A DNA stretch of 64,000 nt from Bacteroidota bacterium (GTDB lineage: Bacteria; Bacteroidota; Bacteroidia; Chitinophagales; LD1). Under the pieces are notes generated by a model. The model ran no database searches. It saw only the letters and a program-made list of their open reading frames with translations, and had not been told where the DNA came from. Shown piece by piece: positions 35,389-44,801 of this stretch. The DNA lies in the NCBI GenBank assembly GCA_018267385.1, contig JAFDYN010000008.1, positions 259,764 through 323,763 on the forward strand. Direction: 5' to 3'. Both the position numbers and the translations under genes were made by a program. How positions within the stretch are numbered: the first letter of the stretch is position 1; each line of letters begins with the position of its first letter.

Positions 35389-38300
35389 TTGTCTCATACA
35401 CAGACACCACTGTTGAGGGCTATCCACCACCTGCTGCGCAGCCTGCTCTGGGCTGTCCTCCTGCTATGTAGCGGGCAGAGCCTCCATGCGGCTACGCTGG
35501 CCGCTACGGTGACCAGCACCGCCTCCCTCTGCTATGACGATGGCACCCTCACCGTCACACCCTCTGGCGGCACTGCACCCTATACCCTCACACTCCTCTC
35601 CGGCCCCGCCGACCCCAATATCACCTATCCTGTCACCCTCGCCGCCGGGCTTACCACCTTTGGCGGACTACCTGCGGGTAGCTATAGTATCTCTATCACT
35701 GACGCCGGGGGCGCCACCGGCACGGTCACGGGCGCCGTGCCGGGCACGTATCAGTTCCCTACGCTGGCCTTTAGCGTCCATAGCGGCACCATAGCAGCTA
35801 CGGTCAGCGGGGGCCGCGCGCCATACCTCTATGCCATCTCCTCTACCGGCTCCAATACTGGCTTCAGCGCCTATCAGGCAGCAGATAGCTTCACGGGCCT
35901 CTGCCCGGGCTTCTACTGGGTGCGCGTCATAGACTCCTGCGGCAATATCTACACGAACGAGGTGACCTACTCAGACCCCGTAGGCGCCTCCATAGCCTGC
36001 CTCAACTTCTCCAGGGGCACCCTCAGTGTCACAGCCTCCGGAGGCCGCGCTCCCTACACCTACAGCATAGCCGGCCAGAGCAATAGCACGGGCCAGTTCT
36101 CCGGCCTGCCCGCCTACTATACAGATACCCTGCACATCACTGATGCCTGCGGCCAGCACTATGATCTGTACATCCCGCCGCCTACCGTGTCTCTCACGCA
36201 GCACTGCCCGTCAGACAGCATCATCTACCTGGCGGGCGTAGCGCCGCCTGTAGTGCCTGATACGCTCACCTTCATCTGTACCAACTGTACCCCCGCGCAG
36301 ACCGTGACCCGCGTGTACAACGGCACCCCTATCATAGCTGATAGCCTCTTCCTGCACCAGCCGCAGAGCACCTCTTATAATATCGTCGTCCTCAGCTCTG
36401 CCTGTGGCGGCGATACCATACAGCATGCCCCTCCGGGCATCAGTACAGACATCACGCTGGACATCCACTTCCTGAGCTGCCGCAGCTTCCAGGCATCAGT
36501 GTCTAATCATGGTGCCACCGTAGCCGTAGACTCATTCGTGCTCACACATACCCTCTACGGCCCTACCGTAGCCGCCAATACCACAGGCCTCTTTGAGCAC
36601 ATGCCTGATGGCTTCTATATCGTCACTGCCTTCATCGGCCCGCTATGCAATGATACCCCCCGCGCCTACGTGACCATTCCTTACTTCGCGGCTGGCTGCT
36701 TTACCCTGATGAAGGATGCCACCTGCCACAATGCCTGGGAGTGGTCTGCCAGTGTCACCACCTCTGAGACCTACTCCCTCATCTACCCTCCGCATGATAC
36801 CATAGCCGCCGACTCGATCCAATTCTTCAATGCCAACTTCTACAACCTGGCTACCAACACCAGCTATACCCTCATATCAGACAGCGGCTGCAGCGAGACC
36901 CTCATGACACCTGCAGCAGACCCACCTGCCGTCACAGCCGCGGCCTATCTGCCCTGCGTGGGCCAGCCGGTCATCACCTTTCACAGTACGCCATATACCT
37001 ACTGCTATGGCGCAGCACAGGCATCCATGATCCGTATCAGGGTCTACTATCAGGGCAGCATGCTGTATAATATCTATGCCTCTACAGACACCGATGTCAC
37101 TGCCAATATCGTAGGCTCCGGCACCTACCATTACCGGATCTACGCAGTCAATCCGCTCGATACCTCAGCTGCCATGCGCTATGACTCTATCTGCCCCATA
37201 GACACCGGCTCCGTCTTCATGGCCAATACGCAGGTACCCTACCTGCTCTCCTCTGTAGCGCTGGTGTGTGACTCTGTGGTATCAGCGGACTCTATCACCT
37301 ATCAGGTCTATGGTGGCTCTATACCCTACACGGTAGAGATACCGGGCTTTGACACGGTACAGCTCGCGGCCAATACTGGTATCTTCCCTACACGCGCGGC
37401 TGGCACCTATACCATGATCGTGTATGACAACTGTGGCATCAGCCGCAGCCTCACCTTCAATATCGTAGACACCTGCACCGACTGCCCCTACGCAGCCATA
37501 GACCTGCCTGACACCTTTGCCTGTGCGGCAGATACGGTGCTGCTCAGGAGTGGCGGCGTGCATGGCACCGTCTTCCACTGGTATGTGAATGGCGCTCTAT
37601 ATAGCCAGGCGGAGGATACCATGCTCATCTCAGGTGCTGGCAGCAATATGCTCATGCTTGTGGTCATCTCTCCCAGCGGCTGTGCCGATACGGCCTATGC
37701 GCATACGATCGATACCTGCCGAGGCTGTCCACATCCGGGCATCGCGCTCTCTGATACTATCACCTGCCCCGGCAGTACCATTACCTTTCACAATGCCAGC
37801 ATCGGAGGCATCAGCTATCAGTGGTATGTCAATGGCGCAGCCTATACAGACACTACCTATACAGCTCCTGCCACAGGCACCTATATAGTCCGGCTCCTCG
37901 TGACCTCTGCTACTCTATGCGTAGATAGTATCACGCGCAGCTTCACCGTACTGCCGGTCTACAGCATCACCTTGCCGCCCGATACTGTCTACTGCGGGCC
38001 ATTCAGCAGGGTGCTGAGTACGGGCATCCCTATGACCACATGGTCTACAGGCCAGACAGCATCACAGATCACCGCTACTGCCCCGGGCACCTACACTGCT
38101 ACCGCAGGCAATATCTGCGGCACCTCTACAGCCACTACCACTATCGTGGAAAAGCCGCTGCCCGTCATCGCCCTCGGGCGTGACACCATGCTCTGCGAGG
38201 GCGGCACTATCACGCTGAATGCCGGCAATGCAGGCGCCACCTATCACTGGCAGGACCAGTCTACAGATCAGACCTTCACCACCACTGCTACCGGCAGCTA

Positions 38301-38859
38301 TAGCGCCACCGTGACAGTCAACGGCTGCTCTGCCGCTGATGCGATCAATGTGAAGTTCATCCGCCGCCCTACAGCCTTCTCACTTGGGCCGGATACTACT
38401 ATTTGCTCTATCTTCCCGCTGGTGCTGAATGTATACCAGCCGGATGCCTACTATCATTGGAACACCGGCTCCATCTCTCCCATCCAGCGCATAGACAGCG
38501 CGGGCACCTACATCGTGACCGACTCCAATGCCTGCGGCCAGGCCACTGATACGATCATCGTAGGTGTGGAGGTATGCCAGTGCATCGTACTCATCCCTAC
38601 AGCCTTCTCGCCCAATGGCGATGGTATCAATGACAAGTACGGCGCCGTGAGCCCCTGCACTCCGTTGGACTTCTCTCTGCTCATCTACAACCGCTGGGGC
38701 GAGCAGGTCTTCAGCTCCAATAACATCACCGACTGGTGGGACGGCACCTACAAGGGGCAGGTACAGCCGCTAGCGGTCTTCGTCTGGTACATGCGCTACA
38801 TAGACCCATACACCATGATACATCATAGTGAGGCAGGCAATGTGACGCTCGTGCGATAG
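35389..38859 (+). CDS. Surface protein with SprB-type repeats and a T9SS type-B C-terminal sorting domain
   Basis: 1156 aa. Repeats include CYDDGTLTVTPSGGTAPYTLTL, GTIAATVSGGRAPYLYAIS and RGTLSVTASGGRAPYTYSI. C-terminus IPTAFSPNGDGINDKYG...IYNRWGEQVFSS...WDGTYKGQ...VFVWYM...GNVTLVR. The TTG start from the track is uncertain. Confidence 0.85.
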   Translation: MSHTQTPLLRAIHHLLRSLLWAVLLLCSGQSLHAATLAATVTSTASLCYDDGTLTVTPSGGTAPYTLTLLSGPADPNITYPVTLAAGLTTFGGLPAGSYSISITDAGGATGTVTGAVPGTYQFPTLAFSVHSGTIAATVSGGRAPYLYAISSTGSNTGFSAYQAADSFTGLCPGFYWVRVIDSCGNIYTNEVTYSDPVGASIACLNFSRGTLSVTASGGRAPYTYSIAGQSNSTGQFSGLPAYYTDTLHITDACGQHYDLYIPPPTVSLTQHCPSDSIIYLAGVAPPVVPDTLTFICTNCTPAQTVTRVYNGTPIIADSLFLHQPQSTSYNIVVLSSACGGDTIQHAPPGISTDITLDIHFLSCRSFQASVSNHGATVAVDSFVLTHTLYGPTVAANTTGLFEHMPDGFYIVTAFIGPLCNDTPRAYVTIPYFAAGCFTLMKDATCHNAWEWSASVTTSETYSLIYPPHDTIAADSIQFFNANFYNLATNTSYTLISDSGCSETLMTPAADPPAVTAAAYLPCVGQPVITFHSTPYTYCYGAAQASMIRIRVYYQGSMLYNIYASTDTDVTANIVGSGTYHYRIYAVNPLDTSAAMRYDSICPIDTGSVFMANTQVPYLLSSVALVCDSVVSADSITYQVYGGSIPYTVEIPGFDTVQLAANTGIFPTRAAGTYTMIVYDNCGISRSLTFNIVDTCTDCPYAAIDLPDTFACAADTVLLRSGGVHGTVFHWYVNGALYSQAEDTMLISGAGSNMLMLVVISPSGCADTAYAHTIDTCRGCPHPGIALSDTITCPGSTITFHNASIGGISYQWYVNGAAYTDTTYTAPATGTYIVRLLVTSATLCVDSITRSFTVLPVYSITLPPDTVYCGPFSRVLSTGIPMTTWSTGQTASQITATAPGTYTATAGNICGTSTATTTIVEKPLPVIALGRDTMLCEGGTITLNAGNAGATYHWQDQSTDQTFTTTATGSYSATVTVNGCSAADAINVKFIRRPTAFSLGPDTTICSIFPLVLNVYQPDAYYHWNTGSISPIQRIDSAGTYIVTDSNACGQATDTIIVGVEVCQCIVLIPTAFSPNGDGINDKYGAVSPCTPLDFSLLIYNRWGEQVFSSNNITDWWDGTYKGQVQPLAVFVWYMRYIDPYTMIHHSEAGNVTLVR

Positions 38860-38886
38860 GACTCAGCAGCCTTGGACATCCCCCCT

Positions 38887-38917
38887 CTTGCACATTCCCC
38901 CAAAACGTCTATATTTG
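38887..38917 (+). promoter_or_regulatory. Candidate Bacteroidota promoter for tRNA-Leu
   Basis: cTTG (38887..38890), 19 nt of spacer, then tatatttg (38910..38917, TAnnTTTG). The tRNA 5' end is 38 nt downstream. Confidence 0.5.
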
Positions 38918-38954
38918 CAGCCTCTCAAGGAATAAGGCTCCGGCTTTATTGTCT

Positions 38955-39038
38955 GCCCGGATGGCGAAATTGGTAGACGTACTACCTTGAGGTGGTAGCG
39001 CCCGAAAGGGCATGGGAGTTCGAGTCTCCCTTCGGGCA
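38955..39038 (+). tRNA. tRNA-Leu (anticodon GAG), type II with a long variable arm
   Basis: Folded by hand. Acceptor GCCCGGA/TTCGGGC. Anticodon stem CTACC/GGTAG with loop TTGAGGT. Variable arm GCCC-GAAA-GGGC. T arm GGGAG-TTCGAGT-CTCCC. Discriminator A. CCA is not encoded. Confidence 0.9.
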
Positions 39039-39040
39039 CA

Positions 39041-39066
39041 GAACCCTCTCCCCACGGAGAGGGTTC
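39041..39066 (+). terminator. Hairpin directly after tRNA-Leu (possible terminator or processing signal, no T-run)
   Basis: gaaccctctcc-ccac-ggagagggttc, an 11-bp stem. It shares the CCCTCTCC/GGAGAGGG core with the repeats at 34.4 kb. Confidence 0.5.
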
Positions 39067-39136
39067 TTGCATTATAGCCATCTTCACAAACAAAAAGAGG
39101 GGCATAAAGCCCCGATACAGATACTATGTTTAGGTC

Positions 39137-39700
39137 CTAGTCCTTCAGGTGGAAGTATGCCTTTACAGCATTGTAATCAGTAAGGTCTACCGGCCATGAG
39201 GTCTTGCCTACATTAGGGATCACCACCATACGGAAGTTGACCGCCGAGCTAAAGGTGGCAAAGCTGAAGTCATCTAGGTAGTACTGCACATCCAGCTCGT
39301 GTGTAGTATAGGCAAAGCGTACAGACACCATACGGCCTGAGGTGCTGTAATAGCTGTTTGGCACAGCACTGTAGCCGTTGCTGCTATTCACAGTGGTCTG
39401 CTGGTAGAGCAGTACTGCGCCACCATTCATCACATCTGTGGTCAGGTTAGAAGACGTGTGATAGTAGTAGTCGTGGGCTCCCGCGCTGCCTGCCGTACCC
39501 GTATGTTGCCAGTCAGTAGGTCCTACACCGAAATCCTCCACTATCACCGGCACGCTATAGCCGGTAGCGCCCGTGGCACCCGTAGCGCCGGCATTACCTG
39601 GGGGGCCCTGCGGGCCGGTGTCGCCCTTCTTGCTACAGGCAGACATGGTGATCATAAAGGCAGTGAGAGAAAGGAGAAGACAGGTCTGGATGCTTTTCAT
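39137..39700 (-). CDS. Lipoprotein with a short collagen-like Gly-X-Y tract
   Basis: Start placed at ATG 39700: MKSIQTCLLLSLTAFMITMSAC (lipobox), then GDTGPQGPPGNAGATGATGATG (7 G-X-Y triplets; the next residues are GYS), then a beta-rich domain. Confidence 0.65.
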   Translation of the reverse strand: MKSIQTCLLLSLTAFMITMSACSKKGDTGPQGPPGNAGATGATGATGYSVPVIVEDFGVGPTDWQHTGTAGSAGAHDYYYHTSSNLTTDVMNGGAVLLYQQTTVNSSNGYSAVPNSYYSTSGRMVSVRFAYTTHELDVQYYLDDFSFATFSSAVNFRMVVIPNVGKTSWPVDLTDYNAVKAYFHLKD

Positions 39701-39855
39701 ATGTTGAAAGGTTTTGGTTGCTGTAAAGGTATCATTATGAGGCAAAATATGAAGGCATCCTCATGGCTGTCAGCCCATCTCTTTGTGGACAATTATCACC
39801 TGTCTCCAGCGCTACACGTTGTAAGCTTTCTCCCCTTCATCCGTTACCTTTACGT

Positions 39856-41082
39856 ATGCCTAAGCTATACTTCGGTCGTGGTACTGCAGACCTGCCCCTG
39901 CACTATGGCAAGGTGCCCCTGTGGCTCTCCGAGCGCATGAGCGCCCTCGGTGGTGCTATCATAGAGAGCATCGTGCTGGACTATGGCAAAAGCGAAGCCC
40001 TGCGCCGCCTCAGCGACCCGCTCTGGTTTCAATCCTTCGGCTGTGTGCTGGGCATGGACTGGCACTCGTCCGGCATCACTACATCGGTCATGGGTGCGCT
40101 GAAGAAAGCCATCGAGCCCAAGAGCCGCGAGCTGGGCATCTACATCTGCGGTGGCAAAGGCAAGTACTCCAAGCAGACACCCTCAGAGCTGATGGCTATC
40201 GCCAATAAGACCGGCCTCGATGGGCTGAAACTAGTACACGCCAGCAAGCTCAGCGCCAAGGTGGACAACACTGCCATACAGGATGGCTTCCAGCTCTACC
40301 TGCATTCCTTTATCCTATCTGATACCGGTGAGTGGGCCGTGATACAGCAAGGCATGAATGGCGATGCGGGCATGGCGCGGCGCTACCACTGGCACTCCGA
40401 GCAGTTTCAGTCCTTCCTGGAGAACCCTCACACCTTCATCTATGGCCGCAATCAGGGCCAGATACTCAACCTTACAGATCCGCTAGCCGCAGACACCAAG
40501 GCTGGCATGGTAGAGCTGATACGTGAGAGCCCGGCGCGCATCTTCCCCGAGGTGAAGCGCATCATCATGCCCTCTCACCACGAGGTCAGGATGAAAGACG
40601 TAGACCTCAAGCGCCTCGGCACCATCCTGGCCGTAGCACATGAGAAGGACCTTCGCAGCTTTGAGTCGCTGCTGATGCTGGAAGGCGTGGGACCGCGCAC
40701 CATACAGTCGCTGGCGCTGGTCAGCGAGGTGATACACGGTACACCCTCGCGCTTTGATGATCCTGCCCGCTTCAGCTTCGCCCACGGCGGCAAGGATGGC
40801 CATCCCTTCCCCGTACCTACCAAGGTCTATGATGAGACTATACACCACCTACGTGAATCTGTAGATAAGGCTAAGATCGGCATCAATGATAAGAACGAAG
40901 CCATCCGCAACCTCTCCAAAGTGATACAATGGATGGAGAATGACTTCACCCCAAATGACAACTTTGATGGTGCCATCCAGAAGGAGCGCGACGAGTCACA
41001 CCTCTACGGCGGCCGCACCGTCTTTGGCAAAGCAAAGCCACCCAAGAAAGACAAAGGCAGTGATCAGTTATCTATGTTCTAA
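39856..41082 (+). CDS. DUF763 domain protein (function unknown) with a helix-hairpin-helix-like motif
   Basis: Start placed at M32 (MPKLYFGRGTADLPLHYGKVPLWL...). LGMDWHSSGITTSVMGALK is as I recall for DUF763. LLMLEGVGPRTIQSLALV is HhH-like. Confidence 0.7.
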   Translation: MPKLYFGRGTADLPLHYGKVPLWLSERMSALGGAIIESIVLDYGKSEALRRLSDPLWFQSFGCVLGMDWHSSGITTSVMGALKKAIEPKSRELGIYICGGKGKYSKQTPSELMAIANKTGLDGLKLVHASKLSAKVDNTAIQDGFQLYLHSFILSDTGEWAVIQQGMNGDAGMARRYHWHSEQFQSFLENPHTFIYGRNQGQILNLTDPLAADTKAGMVELIRESPARIFPEVKRIIMPSHHEVRMKDVDLKRLGTILAVAHEKDLRSFESLLMLEGVGPRTIQSLALVSEVIHGTPSRFDDPARFSFAHGGKDGHPFPVPTKVYDETIHHLRESVDKAKIGINDKNEAIRNLSKVIQWMENDFTPNDNFDGAIQKERDESHLYGGRTVFGKAKPPKKDKGSDQLSMF

Positions 41083-41163
41083 GCAGACCTCAAAGCCGCG
41101 CCAACACTAACTCCAATTATCCTTGTAAGCAATCTATAAATCCTCAAATCTGTACATCCATAA

Positions 41164-41856
41164 ATGAAGAAGGGCTTCTACGACGGCCTCACCATAGCAG
41201 AGGCCACTACCATACAAAACGACCTGCGCAGCAAGCAGCAGATCACACACCGTGATACTCCTGTCACTACCATAGCAGGCGCAGACATCTCTCTGAACCT
41301 TCACAGTACCACCATCTACGCAGGCATCATCCTGCTGAGCTATCCTGACATGCGGCCACTGGCCTATTCACTGGTGAAGGCTGAGACCCACTTCCCTTAC
41401 GTGCCGGGCTTCCTTGCTTTCCGCGAGGTGCCCGCGCTGGTAGATGTATGGCAGCAAATGGGGGTTAAACCGGATGTGCTCGTGGTAGACGGCCACGGCA
41501 TCGCGCATCCGCGGCGCATGGGCATCGCGGCTCACTTCGGTGCGCTGACCGGGCAGGCCAGCATGGGCTGCGCAAAGAATATACTCTGTGGCAAGTATGA
41601 TGAGCCTGCACCTACGCGTGGCAGCTCCAGCATTATCTATGATAAAGGTGAAGCGATAGGTTATGCCCTGCGCAGCAAGGACAAGACTACTCCTGTCTAC
41701 ATCTCTCCCGGCCAGGGCCTCAGTCTGGAGGACTCACTCGATATCGCAAAGCACAGCCTCGGCAAGTATCGCATTCCCGAGCCTACACGCCGCGCCCACG
41801 AGCTCGTCAACCGTTTCCGAATCGGAGACCTGAAAGAGGGTTATTATAAAGTATAG
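41164..41856 (+). CDS. nfi: Endonuclease V (deoxyinosine 3' endonuclease)
   Basis: IAGADIS..., FPYVPGFLAFREVPAL, VDGHGIAHPRRMGIAAHFG, and YISPG. Confidence 0.88.
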   Translation: MKKGFYDGLTIAEATTIQNDLRSKQQITHRDTPVTTIAGADISLNLHSTTIYAGIILLSYPDMRPLAYSLVKAETHFPYVPGFLAFREVPALVDVWQQMGVKPDVLVVDGHGIAHPRRMGIAAHFGALTGQASMGCAKNILCGKYDEPAPTRGSSSIIYDKGEAIGYALRSKDKTTPVYISPGQGLSLEDSLDIAKHSLGKYRIPEPTRRAHELVNRFRIGDLKEGYYKV

Positions 41857-41916
41857 GCCGAGGCAATAAACAGATGAATAATACGCCATGTAATAAAGAC
41901 TAAATTGGGTCACATA

Positions 41917-41972
41917 GTTCTCCTTCTTCCTGCAATAGAGAAGGGAGATGCCGAAGGCAGAGGGATGAGGTC
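41917..41972 (+). repeat. Intergenic repeat, copy A (hairpin plus gatgccgaaggcaga core)
   Basis: gttctccttcttcctgcaatagagaagggagatgccgaaggcagagggatgaggtc. Paired with copy B, whose start is 132 bp downstream. Confidence 0.7.
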
Positions 41973-42048
41973 GAAGCAGCAGCCCAAAGCACCCAAACTA
42001 AAAGGCATTCTTTTTGTTAACCAATAAAGGAACAACCAAACACACTAG

Positions 42049-42101
42049 GTTCTTCCCTCTCTCTTGAAGAGGGAAGATGCCGAAGGCAGAAGGGAGAGGT
42101 C
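42049..42101 (+). repeat. Intergenic repeat, copy B, abutting the exonuclease start codon
   Basis: gttcttccctctctcttgaagagggaagatgccgaaggcagaagggagaggtc. Contains the hairpin ttccctct/agagggaa and the same 15-nt core as copy A. Confidence 0.7.
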
Positions 42102-42102
42102 C

Positions 42103-43197
42103 ATGCTCAGATTCAATGACAAAGGCATCTACTGCGAGCAGGCAGATGTATATATAGATCCCTGGGGGCAGGTAGACCGCGCCATCATTACGCATGCGCA
42201 CTCAGACCACGCGCGGTGGGGCTCGCGTCACTACCTGGCGCATCACTACTCGGTACCCGTCATGCGCTGGCGCCTCGGCCCGGATATCAAGGTACAGGGC
42301 ATCGGCTACAATGAAGAAGTCACTATAAATGGGGTCAAAATTTCCCTGCATCCTGCGGGGCATATCATCGGCTCCGCACAGGTGCGACTGGAGTATCAAG
42401 GTGAGGTATGGGTCGTGAGCGGCGACTACAAGCTGCAGAATGACCACCTCGCTACGCCCTTCGAGCCGGTGCGCTGCCAGCACTTTATCACGGAGTCTAC
42501 GTTTGGCCTGCCGGTATATCGCTTCCCTGCGGTAGAGGTGGTGCAAGGCGAGATCAATGACTGGTGTGCCAGGAACACCGCTGCCGGCAAGACTTCCGTC
42601 ATCATCGGCTACGCTTTGGGCAAAGCCCAGCATATACTGTATGGACTGGATAAGTCCATAGCGCCTATCTACGCGCATGGCGCGGTGGTCAATATGAACC
42701 GTACGCTGGAGCAGAGCGGCTTTGACTTTTCCTATGCGAAGCCATTGGATTATTCACTATCAAAGAAAGACTTGCAGGGCTGTATCGTCATAGCGCCACC
42801 GTCTGCGGTGGGCACGCCCTGGCTGCGCAGGTTTGACCCATATAGCATAGGCATCTGCAGCGGCTGGATGCAGCTGCGCGGTGCCCGGCGCAGGCGGGGT
42901 GTAGACCGAGGCTTTGTGATGTCTGACCACTGCGACTGGCAGCAGCTCAATACTGCAGTGAAGCTCACAGGTGCGGAGAACGTCTACGTGACCCACGGCT
43001 ACAAATCTATCTACGCCAAATGGCTGCGCGACGAGATGCACCTCAATGCGACAGAAGTAGATACCCTCTACGAAGGCGAAAGCATAGAGGGCGACAAAGA
43101 AGAAGCAGCCGCAGAGAATACAGAAGCAGGCATAGCTCCACCGGATACTAGCACAGCACAAAGCGACATTTCCTCACCTGAAAATGGAGATGCATGA
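42103..43197 (+). CDS. Ligase-associated DNA damage response exonuclease (metallo-beta-lactamase fold)
   Basis: Start placed at the ATG at 42103 (MLRFNDKGIYCEQADVYIDPW). ITHAHSDHARWG is the MBL His motif. The stop overlaps the ligase start (ATGA at 43194). Confidence 0.85.
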   Translation: MLRFNDKGIYCEQADVYIDPWGQVDRAIITHAHSDHARWGSRHYLAHHYSVPVMRWRLGPDIKVQGIGYNEEVTINGVKISLHPAGHIIGSAQVRLEYQGEVWVVSGDYKLQNDHLATPFEPVRCQHFITESTFGLPVYRFPAVEVVQGEINDWCARNTAAGKTSVIIGYALGKAQHILYGLDKSIAPIYAHGAVVNMNRTLEQSGFDFSYAKPLDYSLSKKDLQGCIVIAPPSAVGTPWLRRFDPYSIGICSGWMQLRGARRRRGVDRGFVMSDHCDWQQLNTAVKLTGAENVYVTHGYKSIYAKWLRDEMHLNATEVDTLYEGESIEGDKEEAAAENTEAGIAPPDTSTAQSDISSPENGDA

Positions 43198-44801
43198 AAG
43201 CCTTTGCCGAGCTATATACAGCCATAGACCAGACCACCAAAACCAACGCAAAGGTGGATGCACTAGTGGAGTATTTCGCGGCAGCGCCGGAGACAGATGT
43301 GCTCTGGTGCGTGGCCATGCTCACTGGCAAAAGCCCGAAACGCACCATCCGCTCCGGCGAGCTGAAAGAGTGGAGCGCCGAGATGTCAGGCCTCCCCTAC
43401 TGGATCTTTGATGAGTCGTATCACATAGTAGGTGATCTGGCAGAGACCATCACGCTGATACTGCCACCACCATCCTCGTCTGCAGGCTACTCGCTCACAG
43501 AGACCATTGCCTTTCTCCGCTCACTGGATCAGTATGGAGATGAGGACAAGAAGATAGCCATACAGCAGCACTGGGATGAGATGGACACCAGCGAGCGCTT
43601 TGTATTCAATAAACTCATGACCGGCAGTTTCCGCGTAGGCGTATCGAAGCAACTTGTGATAAAGGCGCTGGCAAAGCAATTTAAGATAGAGGAAGATACG
43701 GTAGCGCATCGCCTCACTGGTGACTGGAGCCCTGACACGACCACACTCACCACGCTGCTTTCCGCCGAAGGCGATACAGATAGCTACTATCGCCCCTATC
43801 CCTTCTATCTCGCCTATCAGCTGGAGCAGCAGGTAGACGAACTGGGTGATGTACGCGACTGGCAGATAGAGCAGAAATACGATGGCATTCGCGGGCAGCT
43901 ATTGCTGCGCCGTGGGGAGCTATTTGTATGGAGCCGTGGGGAGGAGCTGATGACTGAGAAGTTCCCCGAGTTTGAGATATTGAAAGGCATACTGCCAGAT
44001 GGCACTGTGATAGATGGCGAGGTACTGCCCTATCGCGATGGGCGGCCACTGCCCTTTCACCTCATGCAGACACGCATAGGGAGAAAGAACCTGACGAAGA
44101 AATCACTGCAAGAGGCTCCGCTGATCCTGATGTGCTATGACCTGCTGGAGTATCATGGTGAAGACATCCGCACCCGCCCGATGCGCGAGCGCCGCGCACT
44201 CCTGGAGCAGGTGGTGAAGGATGCGAACGAGATCGCTGCTGTGCCTCTCTTGCTCTCGCCGGTATTAGATTGCCACACATGGGAAGAAGCCACACAAGCG
44301 CGCGAAACGGCACGCGACAATAACTGCGAGGGCCTGATGCTGAAGCACAAGGACAGCCCCTACGAGACAGGCCGCCGCAAAGGCCAGTGGTGGAAGTGGA
44401 AAGTAGATCCGCTCACCGTAGACGGCGTGCTGCTGTATGCGCAGCGCGGTCATGGCCGCCGCGCCAATCTGTATACAGATTATACCTTTGCCATCTGGGA
44501 TGGCGATGAGCTGGTGCCTTTTACCAAGGCCTACTCTGGATTGACAGATAAAGAGCTGCTACAGGTGGACAACTGGATCAAGCGCAATACCATTGATAAA
44601 TTTGGCCCGGTGCGGAGCGTGAAGGCAGAGCTGGTGTTTGAGATCGCCTTTGAGGGGATCAACCGCTCGCCACGCCACAAGTCTGGCGTAGCGCTGCGTT
44701 TCCCTCGCATCCTCCGCTGGCGCAAGGACAAAAAGAAAGAGGACGCCAATACGAAAGACGACCTCATGAAACTGATAGAAATGCAGGAGGCTACCCGATG
44801 A
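43194..44801 (+). CDS. ATP-dependent DNA ligase (ligase-associated damage-response type)
   Basis: Motif I EQKYDGIR, CEGLMLK, WWKWK, and a C-terminal OB region (LRFPRILRWRKDK). Translationally coupled on both sides. Confidence 0.88.
   Translation: MKAFAELYTAIDQTTKTNAKVDALVEYFAAAPETDVLWCVAMLTGKSPKRTIRSGELKEWSAEMSGLPYWIFDESYHIVGDLAETITLILPPPSSSAGYSLTETIAFLRSLDQYGDEDKKIAIQQHWDEMDTSERFVFNKLMTGSFRVGVSKQLVIKALAKQFKIEEDTVAHRLTGDWSPDTTTLTTLLSAEGDTDSYYRPYPFYLAYQLEQQVDELGDVRDWQIEQKYDGIRGQLLLRRGELFVWSRGEELMTEKFPEFEILKGILPDGTVIDGEVLPYRDGRPLPFHLMQTRIGRKNLTKKSLQEAPLILMCYDLLEYHGEDIRTRPMRERRALLEQVVKDANEIAAVPLLLSPVLDCHTWEEATQARETARDNNCEGLMLKHKDSPYETGRRKGQWWKWKVDPLTVDGVLLYAQRGHGRRANLYTDYTFAIWDGDELVPFTKAYSGLTDKELLQVDNWIKRNTIDKFGPVRSVKAELVFEIAFEGINRSPRHKSGVALRFPRILRWRKDKKKEDANTKDDLMKLIEMQEATR

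Noticed and set aside
34023-35400. Possible prophage or integrative element near tRNA-Leu (small-terminase-like ORF, repeat-rich spacer, tRNA at 38955).
   Set aside because: There is no integrase, large terminase, portal or capsid gene. I could find no tRNA 3'-end duplication (att-like repeat). The intervening gene is an ordinary T9SS adhesin.
38863-39183. ORFs 38863..39105 (reverse) and 38992..39183 (forward).
   Set aside because: They overlap a cleanly folding tRNA-Leu and its flanking hairpin.
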